64,000 bases of DNA from an uncultured Planctomycetota bacterium (GTDB lineage: Bacteria; Planctomycetota; Planctomycetia; Gemmatales; Gemmataceae). Made by a program: the position numbers and the translations under genes. The number at the start of each line of letters is the position of its first letter. Positions within the stretch are counted from its first letter, which is position 1. The stretch lies in NCBI GenBank assembly GCA_963849325.1, contig CAWKHF010000009.1, positions 160,001 through 224,000 on the forward strand, read 5' to 3'. The notes beneath the pieces are model-generated. The model worked only from the letters and a program-made list of their open reading frames with translations. It ran no database searches and was not told the DNA's origin. Positions 35,789 to 46,187 of this stretch are shown here, piece by piece.

Positions 35789-36931
35789 TCACGGCAGATG
35801 TTCGCGCGCCTCGTAAAACGCCTTCCAGCCGCGGCCCTCGCGGCCCTTGACGACGTGGTTGAAGTAGTGCCGTACTTTCTTCAGATCGTCCGGCGCGTCC
35901 TTGAGCGCGGTGCCGATCAGGTGCTGTACCAGGTGCTCGGCCTTCACGGACCCGGCGTCATAGTACCAGGCGTGCAGGCCGGCCGCGTAGCCGGTCGAGA
36001 CGGCCTCGGCCGTGCTCATGGCCGTGGTCAGCGTCTCCAGGGCGTTGCCGTCGCCGGATTGTCCCGTGCGCAGCTCGTGGAACGTCGTGACCAGCACTTC
36101 GGTCATCTCGGGCGGCAGCGCCTGCGGGATGCCGGCGCGGGCCAGCAGCTTGTCCGTCTCGCGCTGCACCAGGGCCATCTCTTCTTGCAGGTCGGCGATG
36201 GGATGGACGGTCTCGAAGTTGAAGCGGCGTTTGAGGGCGGCGCTCATCTCGTTGACGCCGCGGTCGCGCGTGTTGGCGGTGGCGATGACGTTGAAGCCGG
36301 TGCGGGCGAAGAGAGTGCGGCCGTCGTCGTGCAGTTCCGGGATGGCCATGACGCGGTCGCTGAGGATGGACAGCAAAATGTCCTGCATCTCCAGCGGGCA
36401 GCGCGTCAGCTCCTCGAAGCGGACGATCTTGCCGTCCTTCATGCCGCGATAGAGCGGGGCCGGCACCAGCGAGCGCTCGCTCGGTCCTTCCGCCAGCAGC
36501 AGAGCGTAGTTCCACGAATACTTGATGGCGTCCTCGGTCGTGCCGGCGCTGCCCTGGATGGTAAGCGTCGAATCGCCGGCGACGGCCGCCGCCAGCAGTT
36601 CGCTCAGCCAGGATTTTGCGGTGCCCGGTTCGCCGATGAGCATGAGGCCGCGGTTCGTCGCCAGGGCCACGACGCAGCGCTCGACGAAGCTGCGTTTGCC
36701 GACGAACTTCGCCGCGATGTCGAGTGTGTCGTCGCCCAGCACGAAGCGCACAACCGACTGCGGCGACAGTTTCCAGCCTTTCGGTCGCGGATGGTCGGCA
36801 TCGGATTCGGCGAGCTTCACCAACTCGGCAGCGTACAGTACTTCCGCCGGCGGCCGTTGCAGATCGGCGGCGCCGTCCTCCAGCGGTTCGACGTTACTGG
36901 CCTCATCCATCTTGCTGCGCTTGCGGGCCAT
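35789..36931 (-). CDS. MoxR AAA+ ATPase, YehL subfamily
   Basis: [12 protein letters not shown], Walker A GEPGTAKS, Walker [26 protein letters not shown]. Confidence 0.93.
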   Translation of the reverse strand: MARKRSKMDEASNVEPLEDGAADLQRPPAEVLYAAELVKLAESDADHPRPKGWKLSPQSVVRFVLGDDTLDIAAKFVGKRSFVERCVVALATNRGLMLIGEPGTAKSWLSELLAAAVAGDSTLTIQGSAGTTEDAIKYSWNYALLLAEGPSERSLVPAPLYRGMKDGKIVRFEELTRCPLEMQDILLSILSDRVMAIPELHDDGRTLFARTGFNVIATANTRDRGVNEMSAALKRRFNFETVHPIADLQEEMALVQRETDKLLARAGIPQALPPEMTEVLVTTFHELRTGQSGDGNALETLTTAMSTAEAVSTGYAAGLHAWYYDAGSVKAEHLVQHLIGTALKDAPDDLKKVRHYFNHVVKGREGRGWKAFYEAREHLP

Positions 36932-36957
36932 CGGGATCCTTTCGCGATGAGACGTCT

Positions 36958-37368
36958 TCAAGGTGTCTGCCAGTCTTCCAGGGGCAGGCCGATGACGCGG
37001 CTGAACTCGGCGGTGTTGTGCGTGACCAGTGTCAAACCGTGCGCGAAGGCGATGGCCGCGATCATCAAATCGTTGGGGCCGATGAGTGTGCCCTTGGCGG
37101 CGAGGTCGGCGCGGATTCGACCGTAATGCTCCACGCACGGATCGTCAAAGGGCACGGAAGAAAAACGCTGACGCAACTGCGCCAACAATCCGAGGTTGTA
37201 CGTTTGCATGGCGGGCGCACCGTGGATGGCGCCGAAGTACAGTTCGCCCAGTACCACCGAGCAGAGGCGGATATCCTTTGGATCGGTCTGCTGTATCTTC
37301 TGAATTAACGCGCGATCTTTCTGACGCAAGTAAGCGATCCAGGCGCTGGAATCGAGAAGATAGACCAT
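36958..37368 (-). CDS. vapC: PIN-domain toxin (VapC family)
   Basis: [34 protein letters not shown]. Confidence 0.93.
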   Translation of the reverse strand: MVYLLDSSAWIAYLRQKDRALIQKIQQTDPKDIRLCSVVLGELYFGAIHGAPAMQTYNLGLLAQLRQRFSSVPFDDPCVEHYGRIRADLAAKGTLIGPNDLMIAAIAFAHGLTLVTHNTAEFSRVIGLPLEDWQTP

Positions 37369-37592
37369 TACAGCGGATCCCGTTCTTCGTACTCGCCCTG
37401 CGGCGGCCGTTCCAATTCACCCGCCCATTTCCCCGCCGTGTCCTCGATGAACTTTAACCATTCCTCTCGACTCATCGACGGCTGATCCGGCACGTCAACC
37501 GTCACGCGAACGACCTTGTTCGCGTTCTCCTTGCCCAGCGACAAGGTCAACATCCCATCGGCCCCAACCTGAACGGTCATACTCTGTGTCAT
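37368..37592 (-). CDS. Putative antitoxin (VapB-like)
   Basis: 74 aa; TAATG overlap with vapC; C-terminus LERPPQGEYEERDPL; AAGGAG RBS. Confidence 0.75.
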   Translation of the reverse strand: MTQSMTVQVGADGMLTLSLGKENANKVVRVTVDVPDQPSMSREEWLKFIEDTAGKWAGELERPPQGEYEERDPL

Positions 37593-37636
37593 GCTTCTTC
37601 TCCTTGAGAACCCGGCTTGGACTCATTGTACTTGAT

Positions 37637-39195
37637 TTACGTTCCCTTCGACGCCAGAACGGCCAGCGTGCCGAGCACTTCGCTGAGCACCACCGGATCG
37701 ACCTGGCCCAGCGACAACGCCTTGTCCACGCCCCAATCCGCATCGCGCAGGAAGTAGCGCTCTTGATCCGCAGGCTGTCACCGGAGCCGGCCGTGTGATC
37801 GAGGATGGCGGTGATCCGGTAGCCTTCATAGCTCTTGTAATGGCCGCCGAAGTACAGTCCCTCCTGCCAGCGACCATCCGTCCAGCCGTGCGACTTCAAG
37901 ATGCCAAGGAAAATCAAGGCCGGGATGTCTTTGCCGCTGAAGCGCGTCAGTTCGCGGGCCGCCTCTTCGCCCGGTTCCAGCGTGTGAACGCGCCGGCCCA
38001 ATTGCGGGAAGGGCGCGAGGATCTCGTAATCGCCGAGAACCTGGCCCCACGCCGCCCGGTCGTCCGGCGTCAGCTGCAACGGGTGCGCCACGCCGACGGC
38101 GCAGGCACCGTCCAGCGTGCAGGGATTGTCGTGCATGTCCGCGTAATCGCGCTCCTCGGTGACGCGAAAGGCACACACCAGCTTGCGGTCGGCGTTGTAA
38201 ACACCCCACAGGAGGCGGCGCACCAGGTTAATCATCAGCGGATGGCGTACCAACAGCGCCTCGAACTCAGGAACGCCCCAGCGTCGGCCGGAGATCATCG
38301 CCTGTTCGAGCCGATACGCCTGCGCCTTGACCGTCTCGCGCACCTGCTTTTTGAGCAACTTCCATGCGGCCACGGCGGCGCAGGCCTTGTCCGCATCGTC
38401 CTTCGCTCCCGGCTTGGGCAGATCGCTCTTGAGTTTGCCGGACTCGTCGCGGACCAACGGCTTGAGGTCGGGACCGAGCACGAAGGAAAACTGTCGCGGG
38501 CCAAAGTCGAACACCCGACCGCCGCGCTCGTCGAGGTCGAGATCGGGGACGATGCGGTCCTCCAGCTGCGTCCGGCTCAGACCGCGCGCCGTGGCGATGT
38601 CGTCCATGAAGGTGCGCGCACGGTTTTGCAGTCCCTTGAACTTGACCTTCTGGGCAATGCTGTTGAGCTGCATCAGGGCCGTGTCGGTGCCGATGGTGCG
38701 CAGACATTCCAGGCCGAGGACCGCCCGCTGATGCAGGCTTTCGCCGGGCCAGGCGCGGAGCCGCGGCGTCAATTTCAGGGCCGAGCCGTCGCCGCCGAGG
38801 AGTCCCAGGGCTACCAGCGCCCACTTGTCCCGTGATGGCGAACCGCCAGCCTGCCAGAGTTCAAACAATTCCCAGGCGAATGCATCCAGCACGGCGCGAT
38901 CGAGGTGGTGCGGGAGGGCCGTTACCAGCGGCTGCGGAGTGTCCAGCGTGCTCTTGCGCAGGGCGGACAGGACCGCTTGGACCTGGTAATCGTTGAGTTG
39001 ATGCGTGCCGATGGTCAGCGGCGGCAGCGCCGCGAGTCGCACCCAGTTGGGCAGGAGGGGGGGAAGCTGTTTCCGCATGTCGGCGAGGATGGTTCGCAGC
39101 CATCCCGGCGTCGTCACGTCGTCGAATGGAAAGCGGGCCGTGCCGGAGGGGGGCTGCGTATTGGTGTGCTCCACCGTGGTGACGAGCGCGCTCAT
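37637..39195 (-). CDS. DUF4132 protein (frameshift ~37760)
   Basis: WPGESLHQRAVLGLECL, LEDRIVPDLDLDE, DYEILAPFPQLGR, DPVVLSEV; paralogue of the adjacent gene. Confidence 0.88.
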
Positions 39196-39225
39196 GGTTC
39201 ACTCTCTGGGATCTGGTTGGGACGT

Positions 39226-42028
39226 TTACTTGCCCTTGGACGCCAGTGCGGTCAGATCCGCCAGCACTTCGCTGACGGCCAGCGGATCGATTTCCTTCAG
39301 GGGCAGGAGATTCTTGTGAGACGGATAGGACTCCGGAGTATACGTGCCCTGCAAGAAGAAGCAGCGCGTGATCTTCTGATCGCCACTGTCGTTCATCATG
39401 CCGAGCATGACGCCGTCCGCGTTCTCGAGGATCGCCGTCACGTCCGCGGCGGGGAACGGCTTGGAAAACTCCAGGATAACGCCGTGATTGTCGGCACTGC
39501 CGCGCGTCCAGCCGAGCTTCTCCATCGTGCCCATCAGCGCCGCCGCCGGGATCTTCACCTTGTCGAAGCGCTTGATTTCACTGCCCTTGGTCTCCTCGCG
39601 CTCGAGCGCGAAGACAGGCCGCCCGAGTTGCGGAAAGGGAGCGATGATCTCATAATCGCCGAGTACCTGGCCCCACACGGAACGGTCGTCCTCGCTCAGG
39701 TGCAGAGGGTGGACGATGCCGACCGCGGTCAAGCCATCCCGTTTGCAAGGACGGTCCTCCTTGTCCGCGTACTCCCACTCTTCGGTGACGCGGAAGGTAC
39801 ATGCCAGACCGCCCTTCCGGTCGTAGCCGCCCCAGACGAGGCGGCGCACCAGGTTCATCATCAGAGGATGACGGACAAGTAGTTGCTCAAATTCTTGTAT
39901 GTTCCAACGTCGCCCCGTGACCATCGCCTGTTCGAGACGAAACGCCTGTACCTTGAGGACGTCGCGCAGCTGTTTTTTCAGGATCTTCCAGTCGGCGAGG
40001 GCGGCGTGGGCCTTGTCCGTTTCATCCTTCGCTCCGGGTTTGGGCAGGTCGCTCTTGAGCTTGCTGGACTCCTCGCGCACCAGCGGCTTCAGATCGGCGT
40101 CGAGAACGATCGTGAAACGGCGCGGCCCGAAGTCGAAAACGCGCGTGCCGCGTTCGTCGAGGTCAAGGTCGGGCACGATGCGATCTTCGAGCTGGGCGCG
40201 ATTCATGCCACGATCCCTGGCGATCGCCTCCATGAATTCCTGGGCCTTCTTCTTCAACCCCTGGAACTTCAGCTTCTGGGCGATGCCGTTGAGTTGCATC
40301 AGCGCCGTATCGCTGCCGATGCTACGCAAACACTCCAGGCCCGTGACCGCCCGTTGATGCTGGCTCTCACCCGGCCAGGCGCGGAGCAGGGGAGTGAGTT
40401 GGAGAGCACAGCCGTCGCCGCCGAGATGGCCCACGGCGAGCAAGGCCCATTTCTCCTTCGAGGGAGCGCCTTCGTTCAACCACGACTCGAACAGTTTCCA
40501 GGCGAAGGCGTCGCGGGCCGGTGGATCGAGGTTGTCCTTGATGGCCGTCACCAGCGGGGCCGGCGCTCCCAGCGGACTTTGCCGCAGTGCCGTCAGAACG
40601 GCCTTGACCTGGTCCTCGTTCAACCGTCGTTCTCCGACGATCAACGGCGGCAGGGTCGCCGGTCGCACCCACGCGGGCACCGTCGCCGTCCCGGCGGTCT
40701 TCAGGGCGTCGCGCAACCATTTCGGCGTCGTGGCGTCGTCGAAAGCTTCGCGGACGATCTCCACGCGCTCCAGCACCTCGTGACGCACCTTGGCGACGGC
40801 CTCCGGAGCGGCCTGCTGGAGTTGTTCTTGGATGAAGTCCGCGTGCCCGGCCTGCTTCGCCTCGCGCAGGGAATCGAGGGCGGCGTCGGCGAGCTTGCCG
40901 CGCCCGACAGCCACCGGGATCAGACCGGCGATGGCGTTGCCGGGGTTCTCGTCGAGCCATTGCCGCGCCAATGTCGGAGCCTTGGAACTGGCTTTCAGCT
41001 CCAGCATGTACGGGGCCGCTTCCGGTGCCTGGACCAGGCAGAAAGATTCGAGCAGCTTGCGGGCCTCGTCTTTATTGGTCTGTGCCTGGATCGCGTCGCG
41101 CACGTAGTCGAGGCCGCTGAACTCGGTATGGGCCAGCCAGGCGCGGATGTGTTCCGGGCTGCGAAAGCGCAGCCGAAGACGCCGCACGTGGCGATCAACC
41201 CGTTGCGGAGTGCCCAGCCCGAAGATCATTTGCTGCGGCATGTGGTAGACATCTTGCCACTCCTGACCCTGGTAGAAATCGTCGGGCCAGCTCTCCACGA
41301 CGGCGAGCACCTCGTCGTGCATGCCGCACAGCGCGGCCAGGAAATAGACCATCGCCGGCCGTTTGTAATAGTCCCTCGGCCACAGCGAGGGATCCAGGTG
41401 AGGACGGAGCTGCTGCCGCAATTCTCGCCATAGGCGATCCGATAGGTAAGGGAATAGAAAACGAGCCATCCAGGAGACCATTTCCGTATGTGCCGTCCAT
41501 GACGCCTTTGCCAATGTGCCGCTCGTCGAGGACGGTGAGGAAATCCTCGGCGCGAATGTCCTCGCGGAGTAGTTGGATGGACATACTCGCCAGGATCGGA
41601 TGGCCGACAAGGAGAGGTTTCGGGTCCGGTCGCGGCAGGGGCCGGCGCGGCCGCCACGTCGCGCGGTGCCAGTCTTCCGGGTCCAGGGCGATCGTCCGCG
41701 TCATCACGGGAACCACGGCGGCTTGTAGCGGCGGCGGAGTCACCGTCTCGTCGGATGGCTTCTTCGGCTTGGCTTTGGTTTTCGCAGGCGAGGGAGGCGG
41801 CGCGGCGGTTGCGGGGGTGCCGACTTCGTTGTAGCCTTTTTTCGTTTTCTCGGCGATGAGTTTGTCGGCGGCCTGCCGGGCGGCGTCTTCGCTGGAGAAC
41901 TTTTTCGTCTGCTCCTGGCCGCGGCTGCCGATGCGGCCGAACTCGACGGTGAACTGTTTGCCTTCGACCGTGATGGCCCAGAACTTGTCCGACGAACCTT
42001 CGCGGAACTGGAACTCGCGGCGACTCAT
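39226..42028 (-). CDS. WGR + DUF4132 protein (MolR/YehF-like), frameshift ~41500
   Basis: N-terminal SDKFWAI...FGRIGSRGQ...KTKKGY (WGR); C-terminal DUF4132 core as in the neighbouring gene. Confidence 0.88.
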
Positions 42029-42116
42029 GGCTTCTCCCGGCTGGGATGGAGGAATGGCCCTCTCGTTGACGGAGCCATTCTGTCGCCTGGAATCGCCGAA
42101 GTCCAGCGTCGTAGCG

Positions 42117-43154
42117 TCACGATGCCGAGGACGCGATGCGGCCCTCCATCGGGCTGGACGCTTGCGCGTACAGCTTGCGCGGGATGCGGCCGGCCAGGAA
42201 GGCTAAGCGTCCAGCGGCGCAGGCGTGGCGCATGGCGTGGGCCATGCGCAGGGCGTCGCGGGCATGGGCGATGCCGGTGTTGAGCAGCACGCCGTCGCAG
42301 CCCAGCTCCATCGCCACCGCCACGTCGCTGGCCGTGCCCACGCCGGCATCAACGATTACCGGATAATCCGGATCGCCATCCTTCAAATATTCCAGAATGA
42401 TGCGGAGGTTGTTGGCGTTGAGGACGCCCTGGCCGCTGCCGATGGGACTGCCGGCCGGCATGACGCTGACGGCCCCCGCCGCCTTGAGGTGGCGGGCCAC
42501 GATCGGATCGTCACTGGTGTAGACCAGGACCTGAAAGCCCTCCTGGACGAGTTGTTCCGTCGCTTTCAACGTGGCGATCGGATCGGGCAGCAGCGTTTTG
42601 ACGTCGCCGAGGCACTCCAGTTTGACCCAGTCGGCCCCACGGTTGCCGAGGTTGGTTAACAGCTCGCGGGCCAGGCGAGCGTGGCGAACCGCGTCCTCGG
42701 CGCTGAAACAGCCGGCCGTGTTGGGCAGGATGGTGTAGCGCTTCAGGTCGAGGTAATCGAGGATGTTGCGGCCTTGCTTGTCCACCAAGCGCTCGCGGCG
42801 CACCGCCACCGTCGTCACCTCGCAACCGCTGGCCGCCAGGCAATCACGCATCAGCTCGTAACTGGCGTACTTGCCCGTGCCGGTGATGAGGCGGCTGTGG
42901 AAGGTGAACTTGCCGATGACGAGCGGTTTGTCGTCCGGCTCCGCGTCCGGGGCGCCGCCGCCGACGAGCGTAACGATCTCGATGTGGTCGGCCGGCGCCA
43001 GTGTCTGTTCCTCGTGCCGCACGGCCGGCACGACCTCGCCGTTGACCTCGACGGCGACCCGGCGACGGTCGTAGCCCAGACGTTGCAAAAGCTCGGCCAC
43101 CGTCAGGGATTCGGGAAGGGTGCGCGCCTCGCCGTTGACCGTGCATGTCAGCAT
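42117..43154 (-). CDS. thiG: Fused sulfur carrier ThiS / thiazole synthase ThiG
   Basis: [11 protein letters not shown]...[10 protein letters not shown] continues in frame into [31 protein letters not shown]. Confidence 0.95.
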   Translation of the reverse strand: MLTCTVNGEARTLPESLTVAELLQRLGYDRRRVAVEVNGEVVPAVRHEEQTLAPADHIEIVTLVGGGAPDAEPDDKPLVIGKFTFHSRLITGTGKYASYELMRDCLAASGCEVTTVAVRRERLVDKQGRNILDYLDLKRYTILPNTAGCFSAEDAVRHARLARELLTNLGNRGADWVKLECLGDVKTLLPDPIATLKATEQLVQEGFQVLVYTSDDPIVARHLKAAGAVSVMPAGSPIGSGQGVLNANNLRIILEYLKDGDPDYPVIVDAGVGTASDVAVAMELGCDGVLLNTGIAHARDALRMAHAMRHACAAGRLAFLAGRIPRKLYAQASSPMEGRIASSAS

Positions 43155-43230
43155 GTGCCGTCTCTCCTCTCCGCGTTGGCCGTTTGCTCGATAGGCGCCT
43201 ACGTTATCACTATACACACTACGCCGCGTG

Positions 43231-43270
43231 TCGTTTAGCCGCGCGCTCCGCTGCGCGTCGCGGCGAAACG
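43231..43270. repeat. Truncated family A palindrome
   Basis: TCGTTTAGCCG fused to CGCGCTCCGCTGCGCGTCGCGGCGAAACG in the divergent thiG/nagB intergenic region. Confidence 0.8.
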
Positions 43271-43305
43271 GAAGGCGGATCGGATCGGTGAATCGAAGGT
43301 ATCCC

Positions 43306-45177
43306 ATGATCGTCATGTCCTCGCACTACGTCGCGCATACCAAAGTCCCCACGCTCGTCTTCCCCACCAGCGCCCAGGCGACACGGCACGTCGCCCTGAT
43401 GATCGAAAGCCTCATTCGTCAGAACAACTCCGCCGGCCGGCCCACCGTGCTCGGCCTGCCAACCGGCTCCACGCCGGTCGGCCTGTACCGCGAGCTAATC
43501 CGTCTGCACCGCGACGCCGCTCTCGACTTCTCGCGCGTCCTCACGTTCAACCTCGACGAATACTTTCCCATGCAGCCGGACGACCCGCAGAGTTACCGGC
43601 GCTGGATGCAGGAGACGTTTTTCCAGCACGTCAACATTCCGCCACAGAACATCAACGTCCCCGACGGCACCATCAAGCCGGAGGACGCCGAGGACTACTG
43701 TCATCGCTACGAACAGAAAATCCGCCGGGCCGGCGGCATCGACCTGATGCTGCTGGGCATTGGCCGTACCGGACACGTCGGTTTCAACGAACCCGGCTCG
43801 ACCCGTCACAGTCGAACGCGCCTGGCCACGCTCGACCCGGTGACGCGCCGTGACGCGGCCAGCAGTTTCTTCGGCGAGGACAACGTGCCGCACCAGGCGT
43901 TGACCATGGGCGTCGGCACCATCCTCGACGCCCGCAAGATCGTGCTGCTGGCCTTCGGCGAACATAAGTCGCCGATCGTGCAACGGGCCGTCGAGGGGCC
44001 GGTCACCGATTCGGTGCCCGCCAGCTTCTTGCAGCAGCACCCCGACGCCACCTTCCTTCTCGACCAGGCGGCCGCCGCCGAACTCGCCGCCTTCGCCCGG
44101 CCGTGGAGCCTCGGGCCGGTCAACTGGACGCCCGCCCTCATCCGCAAGGCCGTCATCTGGCTCAGTCTCAAAGTCGAGAAAGCCCTGCTCAAACTGTCCG
44201 ACGACGATTTCCGCGAACACGAGCTGTACGAACTGCTCCGCGAATACGGGCCGGCCAGCGTCCTGGGCCGGCGCGTCTTCGACGATCTGATGGCGACCCT
44301 GTGTACCGAGCCGGGCGGCGCGAGCCGTGTACGGCTTTGATTTTCAGCCCGCACCCCGACGACGACGTCATCAGCATGGGCGGCACCCTCATCCGCCTGG
44401 TCGAGCAGCGTCATCGCGTCCATGTCGCCTACATGACCAGCGGCAACATCGCCGTCTTCGATCACGACGCCTGGCGCTTCGTCGATTTCGCCGTCGCCTT
44501 CAACCGTCTGTTCCAGATCGACCAGGAACAGACGGAAAAGCTGCAGGAGCGGATGCAGACTTTTCTGCACTCCAAGAAACCGGGACAGGCGGATTCCGAA
44601 GATTTACTCAAGGTCAAGGCGCTCATCCGCGCAGACGGAGGCGCGCGCGGCGGCCCTGGCCTGCGGCGTGCCGCCCGAACAACTCGAATTCATGGATCTG
44701 CGTTTCTACCGCACCGGCACCATCGCCAAGGCGCCCATCCATCCGCAGGACATCGCCGACATCACCGCCCTGCTCGAACGGCTGCGGCCGGCGCAAATCT
44801 ATGTCGCCGGCGAACTGTCCGATCCGCACGGTACGCACCGGGTTTGCGCCGAGGCCATCTTCGAGGCCGTCCGCGCCGTGCGGCAACACGGTCCGAACTT
44901 CCAGGTCTGGCTCTACCGCGGCGCCTGGGAGGAGTGGGAACCGCACGACATTGAGCGTGTGGTCCCGCTCAGTCCCGAAGACGTGGAACGCAAGAAACAG
45001 GCCATCTTCCGCCATCAGTCGCAGAAGGACCGCGCAATGTTTCCCGGCGGCACCGACCGCCGCGAATTCTGGCAGCGCGCCGAGGACCGCAACCGTCACA
45101 CCGCCCGTGTCTACGACAAGCTCGGCCTGCCCGAGTTTTACGCCCTGGAAGGCTTTGTCCAGTGGCATTCGGAGTAG
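43306..45177 (+). CDS. nagB: Glucosamine-6-phosphate deaminase, long form with PIG-L-like domain (frameshifts ~44325, ~44632)
   Basis: [29 protein letters not shown]; then [14 protein letters not shown] and DPHGTH. Confidence 0.92.
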
Positions 45178-45240
45178 GGACTAGGGACTAGAGAAGAAGG
45201 CTCGCCCCTAGTCCCTAGTCCCTAGTCCCTAGTCCCTACT
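45173..45240. repeat. Inverted heptamer tandem repeat (TAGGGAC / GTCCCTA)
   Basis: Left arm overlaps the nagB TAG; four GTCCCTA-type units on the right. Confidence 0.85.
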
Positions 45241-45399
45241 GGGTGAACCTGGCGAACCCTTCGCGTTGTTCCCTCTCCCCCTCCTCGGATTTCGACCGGG
45301 ACGGTTCCGTTTCCGTTCAGGCCAGCGCCCTTGATCTCCGACCGTAGAATAGCAGGTGGGAAAAACACACCTGGCTCCATGGCCTAGGGGGAATGATTG

Positions 45400-45909
45400 A
45401 TGAACGGTTACACCGAAAACAGGGCGAGCGGGGCGTTCGAGCGGCCGGGACCCAACGGACAGGTGCTGACGTGGGGCGCCAGTCACGCCATGCTGCCCCT
45501 GGTCGGACGCATCGTGGCCGACGTCATGCACGATCACGAACGACTGGCCCAGCTCCGGCCGGAGCAGGAACGTCTCGACCGTCAGCGCTCCACGCTGACC
45601 TGGCCCGAACGTTCCCGCCGCTATCAGGTTCAGGAAGAGATCGCCGCCGTGGAAAAGGAGCTTCGCCAGGCGTACACCGAGTTGGAGACGTTGGGCGTGT
45701 CCGTCCTGCACGGCCCATCCGGCCTGGTCGGTTTCCCGACCATCGTCAATGAACGCCGCGCTTTCTTCTCGTGGCGGCCCGGCGAGGAGGACGTGGTTTA
45801 CTGGAACTTCGTCGGCGACCCCGTGCGACACGCCGTACTCGAATCGTGGACCAAACCTTCTCCCGCGCCCCGCTCGCGCCGCGGCAAGTCCCGACGCCAG
45901 CAGTCCTAA
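45400..45909 (+). CDS. DUF2203-family protein
   Basis: AMLPLVGRIV, GLVGFPTIVNERRAFFSWRPGE. Confidence 0.8.
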   Translation: MNGYTENRASGAFERPGPNGQVLTWGASHAMLPLVGRIVADVMHDHERLAQLRPEQERLDRQRSTLTWPERSRRYQVQEEIAAVEKELRQAYTELETLGVSVLHGPSGLVGFPTIVNERRAFFSWRPGEEDVVYWNFVGDPVRHAVLESWTKPSPAPRSRRGKSRRQQS

Positions 45910-45932
45910 CGAAAAAAACTACAGACCCAAGG

Positions 45933-45974
45933 CGGAGAGGGCGAGCAGCCGACTGCTCGCCCTTTCCGTTTTTT
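45933..45974 (+). terminator. Rho-independent terminator
   Basis: CGGAGAGGGCGAGCAG-CCGA-CTGCTCGCCCTTTCCG followed by T6. Confidence 0.8.
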
Positions 45975-45984
45975 CGGTGTTTGT

Positions 45985-46038
45985 CCGAGCCTGAAGCGTT
46001 AGCGAAGAGCGCACTCTTCGCTAACGCTTCAGGCTCGG
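45985..46038. repeat. Palindromic repeat, family B
   Basis: Perfect 25-bp arms CCGAGCCTGAAGCGTTAGCGAAGAG with loop CGCA. Confidence 0.9.
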
Positions 46039-46119
46039 TTGATTTTCTCTCCGCTCGCGCTCACCACGAACTGTACCGCGGCCGGATGTGTCCACACGGA
46101 ATCCGACTCCTATTTCGTA

Positions 46120-46149
46120 TTGACTAACTGATGAGTTAGGCTAACCTAA
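46120..46149 (+). promoter_or_regulatory. Sigma70-like promoter overlapped by a DtxR/MntR-type operator
   Basis: TTGACT-N16-TAACCT; ATGAGTTAGGCTAACCTAA (46131-46149) matches the DtxR consensus TTAGGTTAGGCTAACCTAA at 16/19. Confidence 0.78.
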
Positions 46150-46187
46150 TTGCAGTAGTGCTCCCGATGCTGGGAGGATATTCCTTG

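Noticed and set aside
43155-43305. TPP riboswitch upstream of thiS-thiG
   Set aside because: No CTGAGA/ACCTG core; the only structure seen is a truncated family A repeat
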